Positions 36,079-48,507 of a stretch of 64,000 bases of DNA are shown one piece after another (within the stretch, counting starts at the first letter, position 1; each line of letters starts with the position of its first letter). Made by a program: the position numbers and the translations under genes. The notes below the pieces were generated by a model, which ran no database searches, was not told where the DNA came from, and saw only the letters and a list, made by a program, of their open reading frames with translations. Source of the DNA: Dicyema japonicum (taxonomy: Eukaryota > Animalia > Dicyemida). The stretch spans positions 672,537 through 736,536 of the forward strand of contig RDEW01000016.1 of NCBI GenBank assembly GCA_011109175.1. Reading direction: 5' to 3'.

Positions 36079-38503
36079 CTAATTATTTACATAAAAAGCA
36101 AATTCAGAGTTATACTCAACAACAGTAACAGTAATAATATCCCCTAATTTAACAAAAGCACAATTACTCATGTAAAATGACTGTTTGTGATATGAAGACA
36201 ATGATGTTATAGAAATTGATGGTGGAGGAGCCATTACATAATTAAAATAATACAAAAAAGCATCAATACGTCCGGACATAGTAACAGGTACATCAATGGT
36301 ACACATAACACGTGGATGGTGAGGTCTTTGACTGATGGTTTGGAGTATATATCGACAAACAAGGAATGACTGTGACAAATTGTAATGACAAAGTTTACTA
36401 TATTGAACATCCACGTGTGAGTTAACCTTTTAATAATAAAATTATACAGTTAAATCATCAAGTAACGAACCCACAAAAGTACCACAAATATTATCATCCA
36501 CAACTTTATGGTAACCAACCAACTCAGAGGACTGAATTGCCACTGCGTGGACTTCCAAAGCCCATGGTACAAACGATACTGAGTACCCAGTCATCTCCCC
36601 TATTGATCTAACATAATACATAATCATCACCTTAGTCTAACCATTTCCTCAAAAAATTCCAAATGCAAAGAACCGTTTACTTCAACTGGTTCAGCAACAA
36701 CAACTACGTGGTCTATTCGTTCTGGTTCAATCATGACTTTTTGAAGGGAAGGACATAATTTACTGAAAATAATAGAATTGTTATCCAATAAAACCATTGC
36801 ATGTCCTAATAGAGAGAGACTCAATGGCAAGAGGGATATATCAGCACACCACGTAAACAAAACAGAATTGCTTAAGTCATCCAGTAAAGTAGATATAACT
36901 GATTTGTATACATTTAAGTACTCCACATCATTGAGTTTCCTGATGATGTTTGCCTCTAGGGTCAAAATGAAGGGGAAAGTGAGTTCAGATAAAGTCCTCA
37001 GTTGACTGAATGTGTAGGTGGGATACAAATTAGAATAAGACGATATTTCATCAATTATAAATCCAGGAACTCCGCACGTCATATTGAATGTTAAATTGAG
37101 AACATCCCCCTTGAGAGATCTCTTCCTGTCCTTCCTAGATGGCTTGTCTAACAAATCAACTCCTAAAATAACCTTCTGTATAAATTGGGAATATGGCTTG
37201 TTCCCAGCAGGCTTCTTGAAAGGGAGAATTAGTAATAAAGTCATCAGAGGTCAATTGAAGAGAAAACCAAAATACGATGCCGTCCACCAGACCATCGTGT
37301 ATTACTTCTACCGATAAATGTCTCATAAACTCTCCCATCATCTCTTCAATGTCCTCTAATATATAAAATAACTCACATTCAACGAATTTGTGTTAAATTT
37401 ATGAATTTCAAATGAATTACTCAAGAATATGACTTTATTTGGGTATTTCGATAACTTTTCTGACAAATAAGGTTCATAACACCCATAGTTCACTATCCCC
37501 CCAGGATTTAGGCGAATATCTATTCCCTCCAATATACCCCCGACATCCTCATTCACAATAACTCGAGATTCGAGTTCAACGTCGATTGACTCAATGACTA
37601 TTCCATACAGAGTCACCACAGCCGGAATAAATACAGTTGTATTACTGCAAAGTGACAGGTGACAATCCCTTAGAGTTTCCAATACTCCTTCTCCAAAAAA
37701 TCCAGAATCAAAAATCTCCATGATAACCAAATCTGGTCTACAAATGTTTTTTAAATCTACCTATCAGGAAGATCATGAGGGATCTTTAATTCTGAGGAAT
37801 GCTTGTTGATTAGTTTAATAGAGTCCTGTGATTGGTTCTGTTTAATAAAGAGGACAGCCTTTTCCACCATGATTGGAGATACATCACAGGAGTATATTTT
37901 ACACTTTCCACTATTAGCAGCAAAAACACTGAGAAGACCGATTCCAGTCCCCACGTCGAGAATTGTTGGGGGGTGACAGAAAGACTCAATAGTTTTTCTA
38001 ATGGCGGATTCGTAGGAGGTATTTCTGATTTTGTCATTAAGCATTTGGAAGTGCCATCTTTCGACCAATCTGTTAACAAGACGTTGATAATAAGTTCTAG
38101 TTACAATTGAATGAGGATCTCTTCTTAAGGACTGACGGAAACAGAAAAAGGACTCAATGTTGTTTCCAAGGCTTAGAGTTTAATGAAAAATAACTTAAAG
38201 AAGGCAATTCCTATCACATTGAGCATTTCAGAGTCAATATAAAGTTCCTCAGTGTTAGATTTAAAAGTGGATAGTCCAGAGGAGTCAAGGTCAGAGACAT
38301 AAGAATTAACAACCCTTTCGAAACACTCATAAAACATTGACTATAATAGTAATAATTTATACTTTGATTTTATTGAATTGTTGAGGAGATAATCGGACAA
38401 CAAATAAAAAATGAGGAAATGATAGAATATAATGTTCCTGTTGGAATAAATTTGTTGCATTGGCAATTGCCACTTCAATTGCACATTTCTTACGCTTGTT
38501 CAT
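36079..38503 (-). CDS. PRMT9: protein arginine N-methyltransferase 9-like, multi-exon
   Basis: TPR-like N-terminus, RLVNRLVERWHFQMLNDKIRNTSY, ILDVGTGIGLLS, IFDSGFFGEG, second PRMT module; introns of 22 and 23 nt checked; ends AFYVNN*; internal exons not all mapped. Confidence 0.9.
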
Positions 38504-38685
38504 ATTTTTATTTTAGATATATAATTAATATTTATTCATTTTAGTTAAAAACATTTAAAAGTACATATTAAGTTTTATATTTATTTGCTTTTATGGAACG
38601 AGTCAGGATCGAGGAGTTAGTTTGGTTACCCTTGGTCTTTGGAAATAATTTTAATTTAAAAAATGCACGCCTCATGTGGTTCGCC

Positions 38686-38919
38686 GTTTCTGGTGGCGCA
38701 GGTTGTGGACCCTACTTCACAATCAAAAAGGACCCACTACTCTTTCCAATCCAAGAAGATTATCTACTGCGTGAGGGCATGAAAACTTTTATTAATAGAA
38801 ATGTTTCTGGTGGCGCAGGTTGTGGACCCTACTTCACAATCAAAAAGGACCCACTACTCTTTCCAATCCAAGAAGATTATCTACTGCGTGAGGGCATGAA
38901 AACTTTTATTAATAGAAAT
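38686..38919. repeat. exact 117-bp tandem duplication
   Basis: 38686-38802 equals 38803-38919. Confidence 0.9.
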
Positions 38920-40650
38920 CCAGTCCACTTCACGAAGAAACCTTTCCGAGAACCCGACTCACTTACGAAGGAAAGAAATTACCTAAAAGCCTACAGAATC
39001 AGTCTTGGGAAACCAGGGCGAGTATCTTAGCCTTGGAGAGAGATCAGATACAAGGCTAAGATGAAACAGGAAAGAGACTAGTGTAACCTTATGTACACCT
39101 TAAACAAACAGTTTTCGTTCACGAAGATGTGGAATACTCTTCAGGGCTTTACCAACTCTTTGAGACCGCCTCCTTGCGAAGACCTAGAGAACAAGAACTT
39201 TTTAAACAAGATTATAAAATTTTACTCCTCCGTGAGCTTCATCCCACACCAGAAATTTGAGGGTCTTCCTACATCCTCAACAAAACCAAAACGCGAGGCA
39301 ACCTCGAACAGACATGCAATGGACGTCGTGCGGAAAACTATTCAAAACCAGAAATCGTCTTACGCAAGTGATTCATATGGAATTCCCTCTTGTACTTAAG
39401 AAGATAGGCCTTTACACCATCTTGGCCTTGACCAGAATTTACAACCTTTCCATCAGTGGGAATTCGATTCCTACTCTATGGAAATTGTCCCATATTCGTC
39501 CCATCTTAAAACCTGGACGGCCGAAGGACTCACCAGCTTCGTACTGACCAATATCCTTCCTGTGTTCCACCTCCAAAATCTTGGATAAACTCATTCTCGA
39601 TCAGATTAAACCTTACCTCCCAGACGCATCCTTTCAACATGGATTTAAGAAGGCTCATTTCCAACTACACACCTTACTTGCCTGACAAAATTCATCAAGG
39701 AATGCCTTCAACGCAAACCTCGGCATCAAAAGACCATTATGTGTGACATCGACATACAGAAGGCCTTTGACTCAATACCGATGGAACTGGTAACTAAGAA
39801 GATTTATGGCTTTAACAACCTGAAAATTTGGCTTGCTAACTTCCTCGACCGAGGAAGAGTAATTTTCCATTCCACATCTACAGTCACTAAATTTCTACCG
39901 AACCTGGTCCTACAAGGATCTCTCTCTCCCATTCTATTCAACCTATTCATGAGGTACATGTTTTCCTACAGCAGCGACGATACCCTATTCCTTGCATACG
40001 CGGACGACTTAATCCAGGGAACAAGAGACCAGTGCAGCGGGTACCGTTTTACAAGATTCACTGGATAACCTGAACTGTTGGCTTACGAGGAACCAACTAC
40101 ACACAAGTCCTGAACAGTCGTGCTCTATGATCTATACTTCCAATAGAAGATTGACTAACTCGGCGCCTTCATTGACCCTTAATGGGATAACAATTCCTTC
40201 CACAAATTCAGCCAAAATACTGAGGGTCACATATGAGCCACTAATGACCTTCAGCAAACATGTGAGCAACATAATCTCCTCTTCCCAGCGAAAATTAAAC
40301 TTTGAAAAGCGCTACTTGGATATTACAAGAGATGGTTACACCCAGCAGTCATCTCGAGGAAAACGGGAGCTCAGCCAAAACCCCTAAACTTCCTCTTCCC
40401 AGCGAAAATTAAACTTTGAAAAGCGCTACTTGGATATTACAAGAGATGGTTACACCCAGCAGTCATCTCGAGGAAAACGGGAGCTCAGCCAAAACCCCTA
40501 AACTTCCGAAAAGTGATTCGTCCATACAGGATGTGTGTCGGCACTCGGGAGGAACACCGAGCAAAGATGGGGCTGGACTTTCCTTCGTTTTGTCGGTGAT
40601 TCTCGGTTTTTAAATGACGGCCCCTACTTTTTTTTCGTTTGTCGGTGATT
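38690..40650 (+). mobile_element. I-group LINE, degenerate linker-RT-3'UTR
   Basis: WKLSHIRPILKPGRPKDSPASY, DIDIQKAFDSI, QGSLSPILFNLF, AYADDL; 3'UTR shared with 10700-10760. Confidence 0.85.
40277..40505. repeat. exact 114-bp tandem duplication
   Basis: units start at 40277 and 40391. Confidence 0.9.
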
Positions 40651-40709
40651 CTCGGTTTTTAAATAAAAAAATTAAGGAGTTATCCTCGATACACTTAATT
40701 AGTTGTCTA

Positions 40710-40910
40710 GTTTAACTTCTTTATCGGTGTATCTGGGGTTAATAAAATAAATAAAGTGGACCAGGTAACCGAGAGGATCCGAAAAAAATAGAATTCCCAC
40801 GGCTTTTACGTTTAACTTCTTTATCGGTGTATCTGGGGTTAATAAAATAAATAAAGTGGACCAGGTAACCGAGAGGATCCGAAAAAAATAGAATTCCCAC
40901 GGCTTTTACG
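40710..40910. repeat. exact 100-bp tandem duplication
   Basis: units start at 40710 and 40810. Confidence 0.9.
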
Positions 40911-41344
40911 TACTCCCCAGTATCTTCCCGCATATCATTAGAGCTTCCATTCCATGCAAGTAATTTGTTCTACCGAATATCGAGTGGATGGATTTTTCAG
41001 TTATCACTAACTGCACAGAGCTAACTACAAGTGTTACAAAACCGATGTCTCATAATATTATTGAGATCGTCGAAAAAGACGTCCACTTTGTTACTACAGA
41101 GAAAACTAAACGTCCCTTAATCATGGAATACCTTACGGAACACCACCGGGACTTTTTCAGGAAGTACCCTGACCACCTCCTCGGACCGAACGTCAAACTA
41201 TATATGGATGCCTGCCCGAGATACGAGAAGACAACTTTTCCGTTGTGGAGATTATTCCAAAACTCAAATACTAACCGAAAGAAAAAAACTGTTATGGACA
41301 CCGGGATCAATAAATCATTCAACAACTTTTGTTCTCTTATGATT

Positions 41345-41640
41345 TCATTCCCCGTCTAATTTGGTTGCTTCTGCTTCAGACCCAGGACATGCTTCAAAGC
41401 AGGCCGAGGAACGAAAGAGGAGGAAATACCAGAGAATTTCGGAGGAGTATCTTTTTGTTCCATTCGCGGTGGAAACGTCAGGAATCCTTGGCCCCCAAGC
41501 AGATGAGTTGGTTCGTAAGATCGGCTCCATGATTCAAGCTGTGACCAAGGATCCGCGAGAAACTAGTTGGTTCCAAGAACGTATCTCGTTGACTATTGTT
41601 AGGGGAAATAGCATGGCCATTCAGATGCCTTAATTTAATT
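41345..41640 (+). mobile_element. CRE-clade RLE 3' fragment
   Basis: AEERKRRKYQRISEEYLFVPFAVETSGILG..QERISLTIVRGNS. Confidence 0.85.
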
Positions 41641-41749
41641 TTTATTCATCTGATAATAAAATTTCGTTCACAAAAGAAAAGAAAAAAATAAATTAATTTT
41701 TTTTATTAACAATAAAATATTATTTATTAACTATAAATTAAATTAAAAA

Positions 41750-44030
41750 ATATTGAACGGAATCAGAAGGAAGATCCTAGAACTTCGGGCACTCCTTGCA
41801 GAAATGAACGATAATTTTGGACTAATCCAAAAATCCAAATTGTCACCAACATTTCGAACACCTTTCTTTCACAAATACACGGTGCCTATACCGACATAAG
41901 CCCTCAAGTTTCAAACCTTTTTGACTCAGATTGTACTTTGGAGCAGATAACTATCAAATTCCACCTATTCCCTTCTTTCTGGATCACCTTGGTCAATGTG
42001 TACATCCCTTCACAGGGGTCCTTTTCTACTTCCTACTTCCTATGTTGACTAACTCCGTCTTCTTCCACTCCCGTCTTCCCAAACTATCACGTCATCAGGC
42101 GTGACCGCCCAACTGGGCGTGGTGGTGGACTGTTTACTCTTATCAAAAAAGAAATTCCGTACGCAAACGAAACTTTTGTCAACCTCATGTCTCCCGTCGA
42201 ATATATTGGTATTTCAGTCAACCGCCTAACTCATGCCCGAGGATTTCAATTTCTTCCTCTCAAACGTCGACAAATTAAAAAAATATGTTTCTTTGTGGAG
42301 ACCTAAATGCAAAGCATTCGACATGGTTCAAGAACCAACCATGCGATGTCAGAAGAAACCAATTGTTGTCAAATCTGGATAACCTGGTAATATTAAACAA
42401 CCCTATATTATACTTGACTTTCATTTATCCACTTCAACTCCATCGATAAAGCACTACACTTTTAATAGAGTAGTACGCGAGGGAATGAAAATTTGTATTA
42501 ATAAAAGGCCGCTGATCTCAAGAAAGATGCCTTCTCCCAGAGCCGATCCACTCATAAAAGAAAAAAATTAACTAAAAAGCCTCTAAAAACAATCCTGGGA
42601 AATATGATTGAGAAATCAGGAACAATGCAAAGAAGAAATAAGAGAAAGTTTGGAAAAACCTCATGTCCAATCTAAACAAGCAGAACTCCTTTACAAAAAT
42701 GTGGAAAACACATAGAAGCTTTATTAACGCTGACAACCCGGCCGCACGTGAAGAAATGGAAAACAAGATCTTCCTAAACAAACTTATGAAACACTACTCC
42801 TCCTCGAGTTTAGAAATTCGAAAGTCCATCCATCCTGGCCCTCAAACCTAAAAGAGCCACCTCCTCGATTGTCTTCTATGTGGAGAACGTACAAAAATGG
42901 TTAAGGGTCAAAAGTCGACTTATTCCTGCGGTCCGGACGGAATCCCTGCAATAGTTCTGAAAAACAAAGGCCCCTATGGTATCATGGCCCTCACCAAAAT
43001 CTTCAAATTTTCAATCAACGAAAATTGTATTCCTTCCATATAGAAACTATCAAACATACGACCAATTCTGAAACCCGTGTGACCAAAGGAATCACCAGCC
43101 TCATACAGACCAATATCTCTTCTATGTGTTACATCAAAAATTCTGGAAAAGCTGATTGTTGAACTAATCAAACCATACCTTCCATCTTTTAAACACGGTT
43201 TCAGAAAAGGGCACTCCACAGAAACGCATCTTACATGCCTTACAAATTTCATTAAGGATGGCCCAAAACGCAAACCTCATCAGAAGTCATTCATGTGCTC
43301 CATCGATATAGAAAAAGCTTTCGACACTTTCCCAAGAAAGCTGTTGATAAGGAAGATCTTTACGTCAAAAATCCCAAACAACTTGAAAATCTGGATTGCT
43401 AATTTCTTAAATGGAAGAAGAAAAAGAGTGACTGCTAGAAAAACTAGGTCAGTGACAAAATTCCTTCCAAATGGGGTCCCTCAAGGATCTCCACTGTCAC
43501 CATGCATATTCAACCTATTCCTAAATGATATGCCCTCCCTTACCAGTGACGATTCTTTGGTTTTGACATATGAGGATGATATAATTGTCGAGTCAAAGAC
43601 CAGTGCGTTCATACTGTTGTATACCGGCTACAAGCTTCATTGGACGATCTGAATATTCTAAGTCCCGAAAAGTTTTATACAACAATTTTCACAACAGAAG
43701 ATTGACAAACTCCGCTCCATGTGTAACCATAAGTGGAAACTCAATCCCTACGACCAACTCGGTCAAGATAATGGGCGTAACATGCGACCCACTCTTGACC
43801 TTCAGCAAACACATTGACAACGTCATTTCCTCGGCACAACGAAAGCCAAATTTTGTTAAAACACTCTTTGGACAATATAAGGGGTGTTTAAAATAAAATT
43901 TGGACTCGCTCTACGTACAGTTTATTTAACCGTCTCTAACTTACGGGTGTGCTGCATGGGAACCAAACTATCAAACGCGAATATGGAAAAATCAATACAT
44001 TCCAAAAATGCTTAGTTAGGCTCTGCAAAA
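41750..44030 (+). mobile_element. I-group LINE, degenerate APE + RT
   Basis: NGIRRKILELR, RRDRPTGRGGGL, GDLNAKH, SIDIEKAFDT, GVPQGSPLSP. Confidence 0.8.
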
Positions 44031-44099
44031 ACTTTCTCAGATACCTCTAAACCATACACCATTTGAAGAATTAGTTAGGAAAACCGGAGCCTTATCCCA

Positions 44100-44770
44100 A
44101 AACACGTGAACAACAATGGTCTCGATTGACATCAACAAGGCGTTTGATTCGGTACAGAGAAAACATTTAATTGGAAATATATTTGATTCAAAAATTCGCT
44201 CTAACTTGAAGCTATAATTGGACAAGACGTAGGAGGGTCCATCTCAAATCACGATTACTACCAAACTGAGTACCCCAAGGTTCGCCTTTGTCCCCTACTT
44301 TATTCAACATTTTCCTCCACGACCATCCAGCAGACATTGACAAGGACTTCCTACTGCTTTCTTATGCTGAATATATTTTCATTGCAACAAGAAGCAGTTC
44401 GACATCAGAAGCAGTCTCACTCGCACAGAATAAAATGTATTGTGTCCATGATTCGTTGATAGCTAACCGTCTCTCGGTGTCGGCTCCTAAATCAACATGC
44501 ACTCTTCACCTCCGACCGTCCGTCCATAAAAGGACCAGAAATCGGACATACTCGGATACCTGTAACAAGAAACCCCTCAATCTTTAAAGTGACTTACGAC
44601 AGGCTGCTTAATTATACCTACCATGCAAAGCAAGTCCTCACCAAAGGACTGCAGAAAATGAATGTCACATGGGCTCTTATCCAGAAGGCCCCAGTGAATA
44701 TAAATGAAGCAATCGGAATTATATATCGTCAGACAATCACACGGCCGTGGAATATGCCTCTTCCATAACA
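44100..44770 (+). mobile_element. second I-group RT fragment
   Basis: SIDINKAFDSV, LSPTLFNIFL, LLSYAE; related to 47220-48130. Confidence 0.7.
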
Positions 44771-44789
44771 ACGCATGTTGTTAGGTAAT

Positions 44790-45010
44790 GGAGTCTCACT
44801 GGAGACTATTCTGACAAATCCTGAGGATAGAATTTGCATCCCCGCCAAACAGACCTATAGAAGACTAGTACAAGATGGCTGTTTCCGTGGAAGGCCTAAA
44901 ATAATATTGCCAGTCGTCCTTCAAAGGGACATTTAAACATAAAACAACTCAAATCCGCTGACGACCTGAACTCATTGAGAGTTTTAGCTAACAACAGGGG
45001 TGCGTTGAGG
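44790..45010 (+). mobile_element. short RTE-like LINE 3' fragment
   Basis: FRGRPKIILPVVL and LKSADDLNSLRVLANNRG. Confidence 0.6.
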
Positions 45011-45275
45011 AGATTGTATTTTTGCAAACCCAATGTTCTACACTGCGGGTTACGGTTGACAGTTTTTTGTTAACGAAAAAATAATAACTCAGCAGTATAT
45101 ATTAGATCATAACTTTTATTATGGTATCTGAATGGATTGGTAAATGTATATTCTGAAACTTAATAAAATATTCGTGATATTTAAACTCAGAGGGCTAATG
45201 AAGCTAATTGAGCAATATTGACTAAATATCCACCTCTTTGAGTCACTAATGTCAAACAATTTGTATAAAAACTAC

Positions 45276-45841
45276 TCAAACTTTGCATTTAAAGATGACT
45301 TTGGTAGGATTAAACAAATATAGAACATTCCCGACCATGCACGAGTCCCTATCATATTAAACATAATAAAACCAAGGATATTGTAATGTAGCCTCATATA
45401 CATTCTCCATTATATTCTCCAATATTACTATAATTCTGTCCGACGAATCCAACGAATGACCGTGAAGAAATAAATGAGTATCAATCTCAATTTTTTCTAC
45501 AAAAACAGTTTTGTCAGGCATGTGGGAATAGCATAGAGAACGCATGGAGTTGTTTTTATGTCTAAGAGATATTAATTGACCCGCTAATCCACTCCTAGTA
45601 ATCACAGGATACTATACTTTTTTATTTTTGGTTTTATCTTCTTTGGGGACGGAGCCTTAGGGGAAAATGATGTAATGGAAGAGAAGGCACGAGAAACTCG
45701 ATTAGACTTGCTTAAGTTGGGAAATGGCTATGATATAAAATCAAAAATGCCCACCTTATTTTCCTTAAAGGAACTCCATCTCTTAACAGGACTAACTTCC
45801 TCAATATCAAATAGAGATTTTGAAAACACATCACCAAACAT
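45276..45841 (-). CDS. hypothetical 163-aa protein, possibly SPIDR N-terminal (DUF4502)-like; 4 exons
   Basis: introns 27/23/24 nt give 492 nt in frame; KSGLAGQLISLRHK..YPWDSCMVG recalls SPIDR SGLAERL..FPPW. Confidence 0.5.
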
Positions 45842-45855
45842 AATAATATTTTAAA

Positions 45856-46859
45856 TTAATTATTTAAAACTCTAGCAGTTTCTAATTTTAATTCTTTAAG
45901 TAAATCATCAAATGAGAAAAGATGAGGAGTGTAGTTGAAGAGTCTGAGTAAACTAACTCTGTCCCAACTGTGGGCTCCATAGTACATTGAAAACTGATTT
46001 GCCAGCATTCGAGCCTGTTCACTACTCTAATCGATGCATTCCATCTCATACCAGAATAGCAGTAGAGAAATATCCATGCATTAGAACCAGAGACTTGGAA
46101 TCGGCAAAATCCGTGAAATGATGCATAGCAAGTGATGGAAGTGCATCTGGTCCTTGTTTCTAGTAGTTTTTAAGTCTACATTACTTTATAGTTTTCCATA
46201 GGATAGAATATTACTGATTTCTCAAAGTAACGGAGGTAAAAGAATTCATAACCCTGAGTCCGTGCTACAGGGAGGACAAACTAGTATAACCCATAAATAA
46301 CCAACATGTGGACACATTACTGCTCTGTCATGTATAGTTGAGAATACGTGATTCTAATTAAAGTCATAAAACAACTGGCATGCAAGCATAAAGGGATCTG
46401 TCTTTGGTTGAGTGATATTCCTTCCATATCTATTATTGATTATTATTGTGGTCACATTCTCGATTTCTTCTCGAGATTTTCTAATTAAAGTCATAAAACA
46501 ACTGGCATGCAAGCATAAAGGGATCTGTCTTTGGTTGAGTGATATTCCTTCCATATCTATTATTGATTATTATTGTGGTCACATTCTCGATTTCTTCTCG
46601 AGATTTGTCTTTTAACATCTCTACTTTCATAATGTCATTTAGACATTTTGATTGACTTTTTGGTTGAGTTGGGGGGATTTCTGCTTGTTTTGGAGGTGGT
46701 TTGTCCTTCAATGTCCTGTAAATATAATGTGGATAACTTACGTATTTATTTTATCCTTGTATTTTGAATAAAATGGGTTGTTTTTTAAATTATCAATTAT
46801 ATTTGAACAACATCTCTTAATAATAACTATATTTTACTAAAATACTAACATCGTAACAT
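45856..46859 (-). CDS. ATPAF1: mitochondrial F1 ATPase assembly factor 1 (ATP11), 8 exons, 234 aa once the 127-bp duplication is removed
   Basis: NNPFYSKYKDKI, LNDIMKVEMLKDKSREEIENIWKEY, GYEFF, LFNYTPHLF; introns 23/26/26/22/25/25/25 nt give 705 nt. Confidence 0.88.
46352..46605. repeat. exact 127-bp tandem duplication inside ATPAF1
   Basis: units start at 46352 and 46479; if both are spliced they would frameshift the gene. Confidence 0.9.
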
Positions 46860-47040
46860 AAATTTGAGGTGGTTTGTCCTTCAATGTCCTGTAAATATAA
46901 TGTGGATAACTTACGTATTTATTTTATCCTTGTATTTTGAATAAAATGGGTTGTTTTTTAAATTATCAATTATATTTGAACAACATCTCTTAATAATAAC
47001 TATATTTTACTAAAATACTAACATCGTAACATAAATTTGA
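46693..47040. repeat. exact 173-bp tandem duplication of the ATPAF1 5' end
   Basis: units start at 46693 and 46866. Confidence 0.9.
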
Positions 47041-47219
47041 ATAAAAATTTTAATTAATATATAAATTTGGTTAATTAAATTGTCAATCTATTTTAATCCC
47101 TCAAGTTGCTCCCTGAATTAAATAATAAGTTGCTCCCTGAATTGTGCTTGGATGTTAAAAAGCTCACGGGCGTGCGAGCCTGACAAATTATCTTTTATTC
47201 ACCTAAAACACTTAAGCCA

Positions 47220-48430
47220 CTACGCAATTGGCTACCTCACGTAAATATACAACCTGTCCATTAACTATAATATTATTCCCTACTTGGCTACCCTATCGCA
47301 GTTCATTGCCGACGGTTTTAACACCCATCCCCCGCCTCACAAACGCACAATCTTGGTTTCTATTGACATCAACAAAGCCTTTGACACTGTTTCGAGGAAA
47401 ATCCTGGTTGGAAAAATATTTTCTAATAATATTGGTCCCAATGTGAAATTATGGCTATTGACATCAACAAAGCCTTTGACACTGTTTCGAGGAAAATCCT
47501 GGTTGGAAAAATATTTTCTAATAATATTGGTCCCAATGTGAAATTATGGCTGGCCAACTTTTTGTCTGGAAGACGTGAAAGAGTAGTCAGTGGTGATCTC
47601 AGATCTAGATCACGATTACTACCGAACTGGGTACCCCAGGGGTCTCCACTTTCACCAATTCTATTCAACCTATTCCTAAACGACCTACCTAATGATGGAG
47701 ACGAAGATTCCCTGCTATTATCCTACGCAGACGATGTAGTCATTGCAATACGGGACCGCTTGACGCAAGTCGCATCCTTTAAGACTCAGACAAAATTGAA
47801 CACTCTCCACGATTGGATTGTTGACAATCGACTTACGATTTCTGCAACCAAGTCTATCTGTTCCGCTTTCACTTCGGACCGTCGTTCTAAGGATGAACCG
47901 AGTCTTTTTATTGGTCCCACTCGGATTCCAGTGACAAGATCCCTCACTGTCCTTGGAGTCAAGTACGACAGTCTACTCAATTTCAACTCCCATGCAAAAG
48001 ACATGATTACCAGGGACCTCCAGAAAATTAACGTTTTACGCGCCCTTGTCCGGAGGACCCCGAGGAATATGGACTTTTCTGTTTCTACCCTCTACCAACA
48101 AACAATCGCGCCAGCCGTTGATTACGCCTCCGTTGCATGGAGATTGCGCTATCGGAGTCTATGGTCCACAGAGTTAACTCCATACACCAGAAAACCATCA
48201 GTTTGCTTTGCCCACGTAATGGATCAACAGTCGACCCACTACTCATGGAATCTAAGACCCGTAGTCGTTGTTCCGGAATTCTTCGCGTCTGTGAGGAAGA
48301 TGGAAACCCGCTTCGTCTGATCATTTCCATGGCAAGAGAAAATCGATTTGATAGGAAATTCCCCTCCCCGATCGTATTCCTTTGCAAGACCGAGAGAAGG
48401 CTCTTCCGGAATTTGAAAAAAAGAACCACA
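47220..48430 (+). mobile_element. I-group LINE RT + C-terminal region (5'-truncated), with an internal 95-bp tandem duplication
   Basis: SIDINKAFDTV, VPQGSPLSPILFNLF, SYADDVV, LGVKYD, DYASVAW; one frameshift near 48138; duplicated units start at 47360 and 47455. Confidence 0.88.
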
Positions 48431-48483
48431 CTTTCCCCTATCTACACGTGTGGACCAATAAGGAAGGCCTGCGCCGCTGCGGA

Positions 48484-48507
48484 GACGTTGAGTCTAACCC
48501 TGGACCA
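48484..48507 (+). other. 2A-like (StopGo) ribosomal skipping motif DVESNPG|P
   Basis: in-frame GLRRCGDVESNPGP directly before the APE start ARIVQLNINGI. Confidence 0.85.

Noticed and set aside
48410-48425. Programmed -1 frameshift linking the RT tail to the 2A frame
   Set aside because: The A_AAA_AAG heptamer is phased in the downstream frame, not the upstream one; a simple indel is more likely
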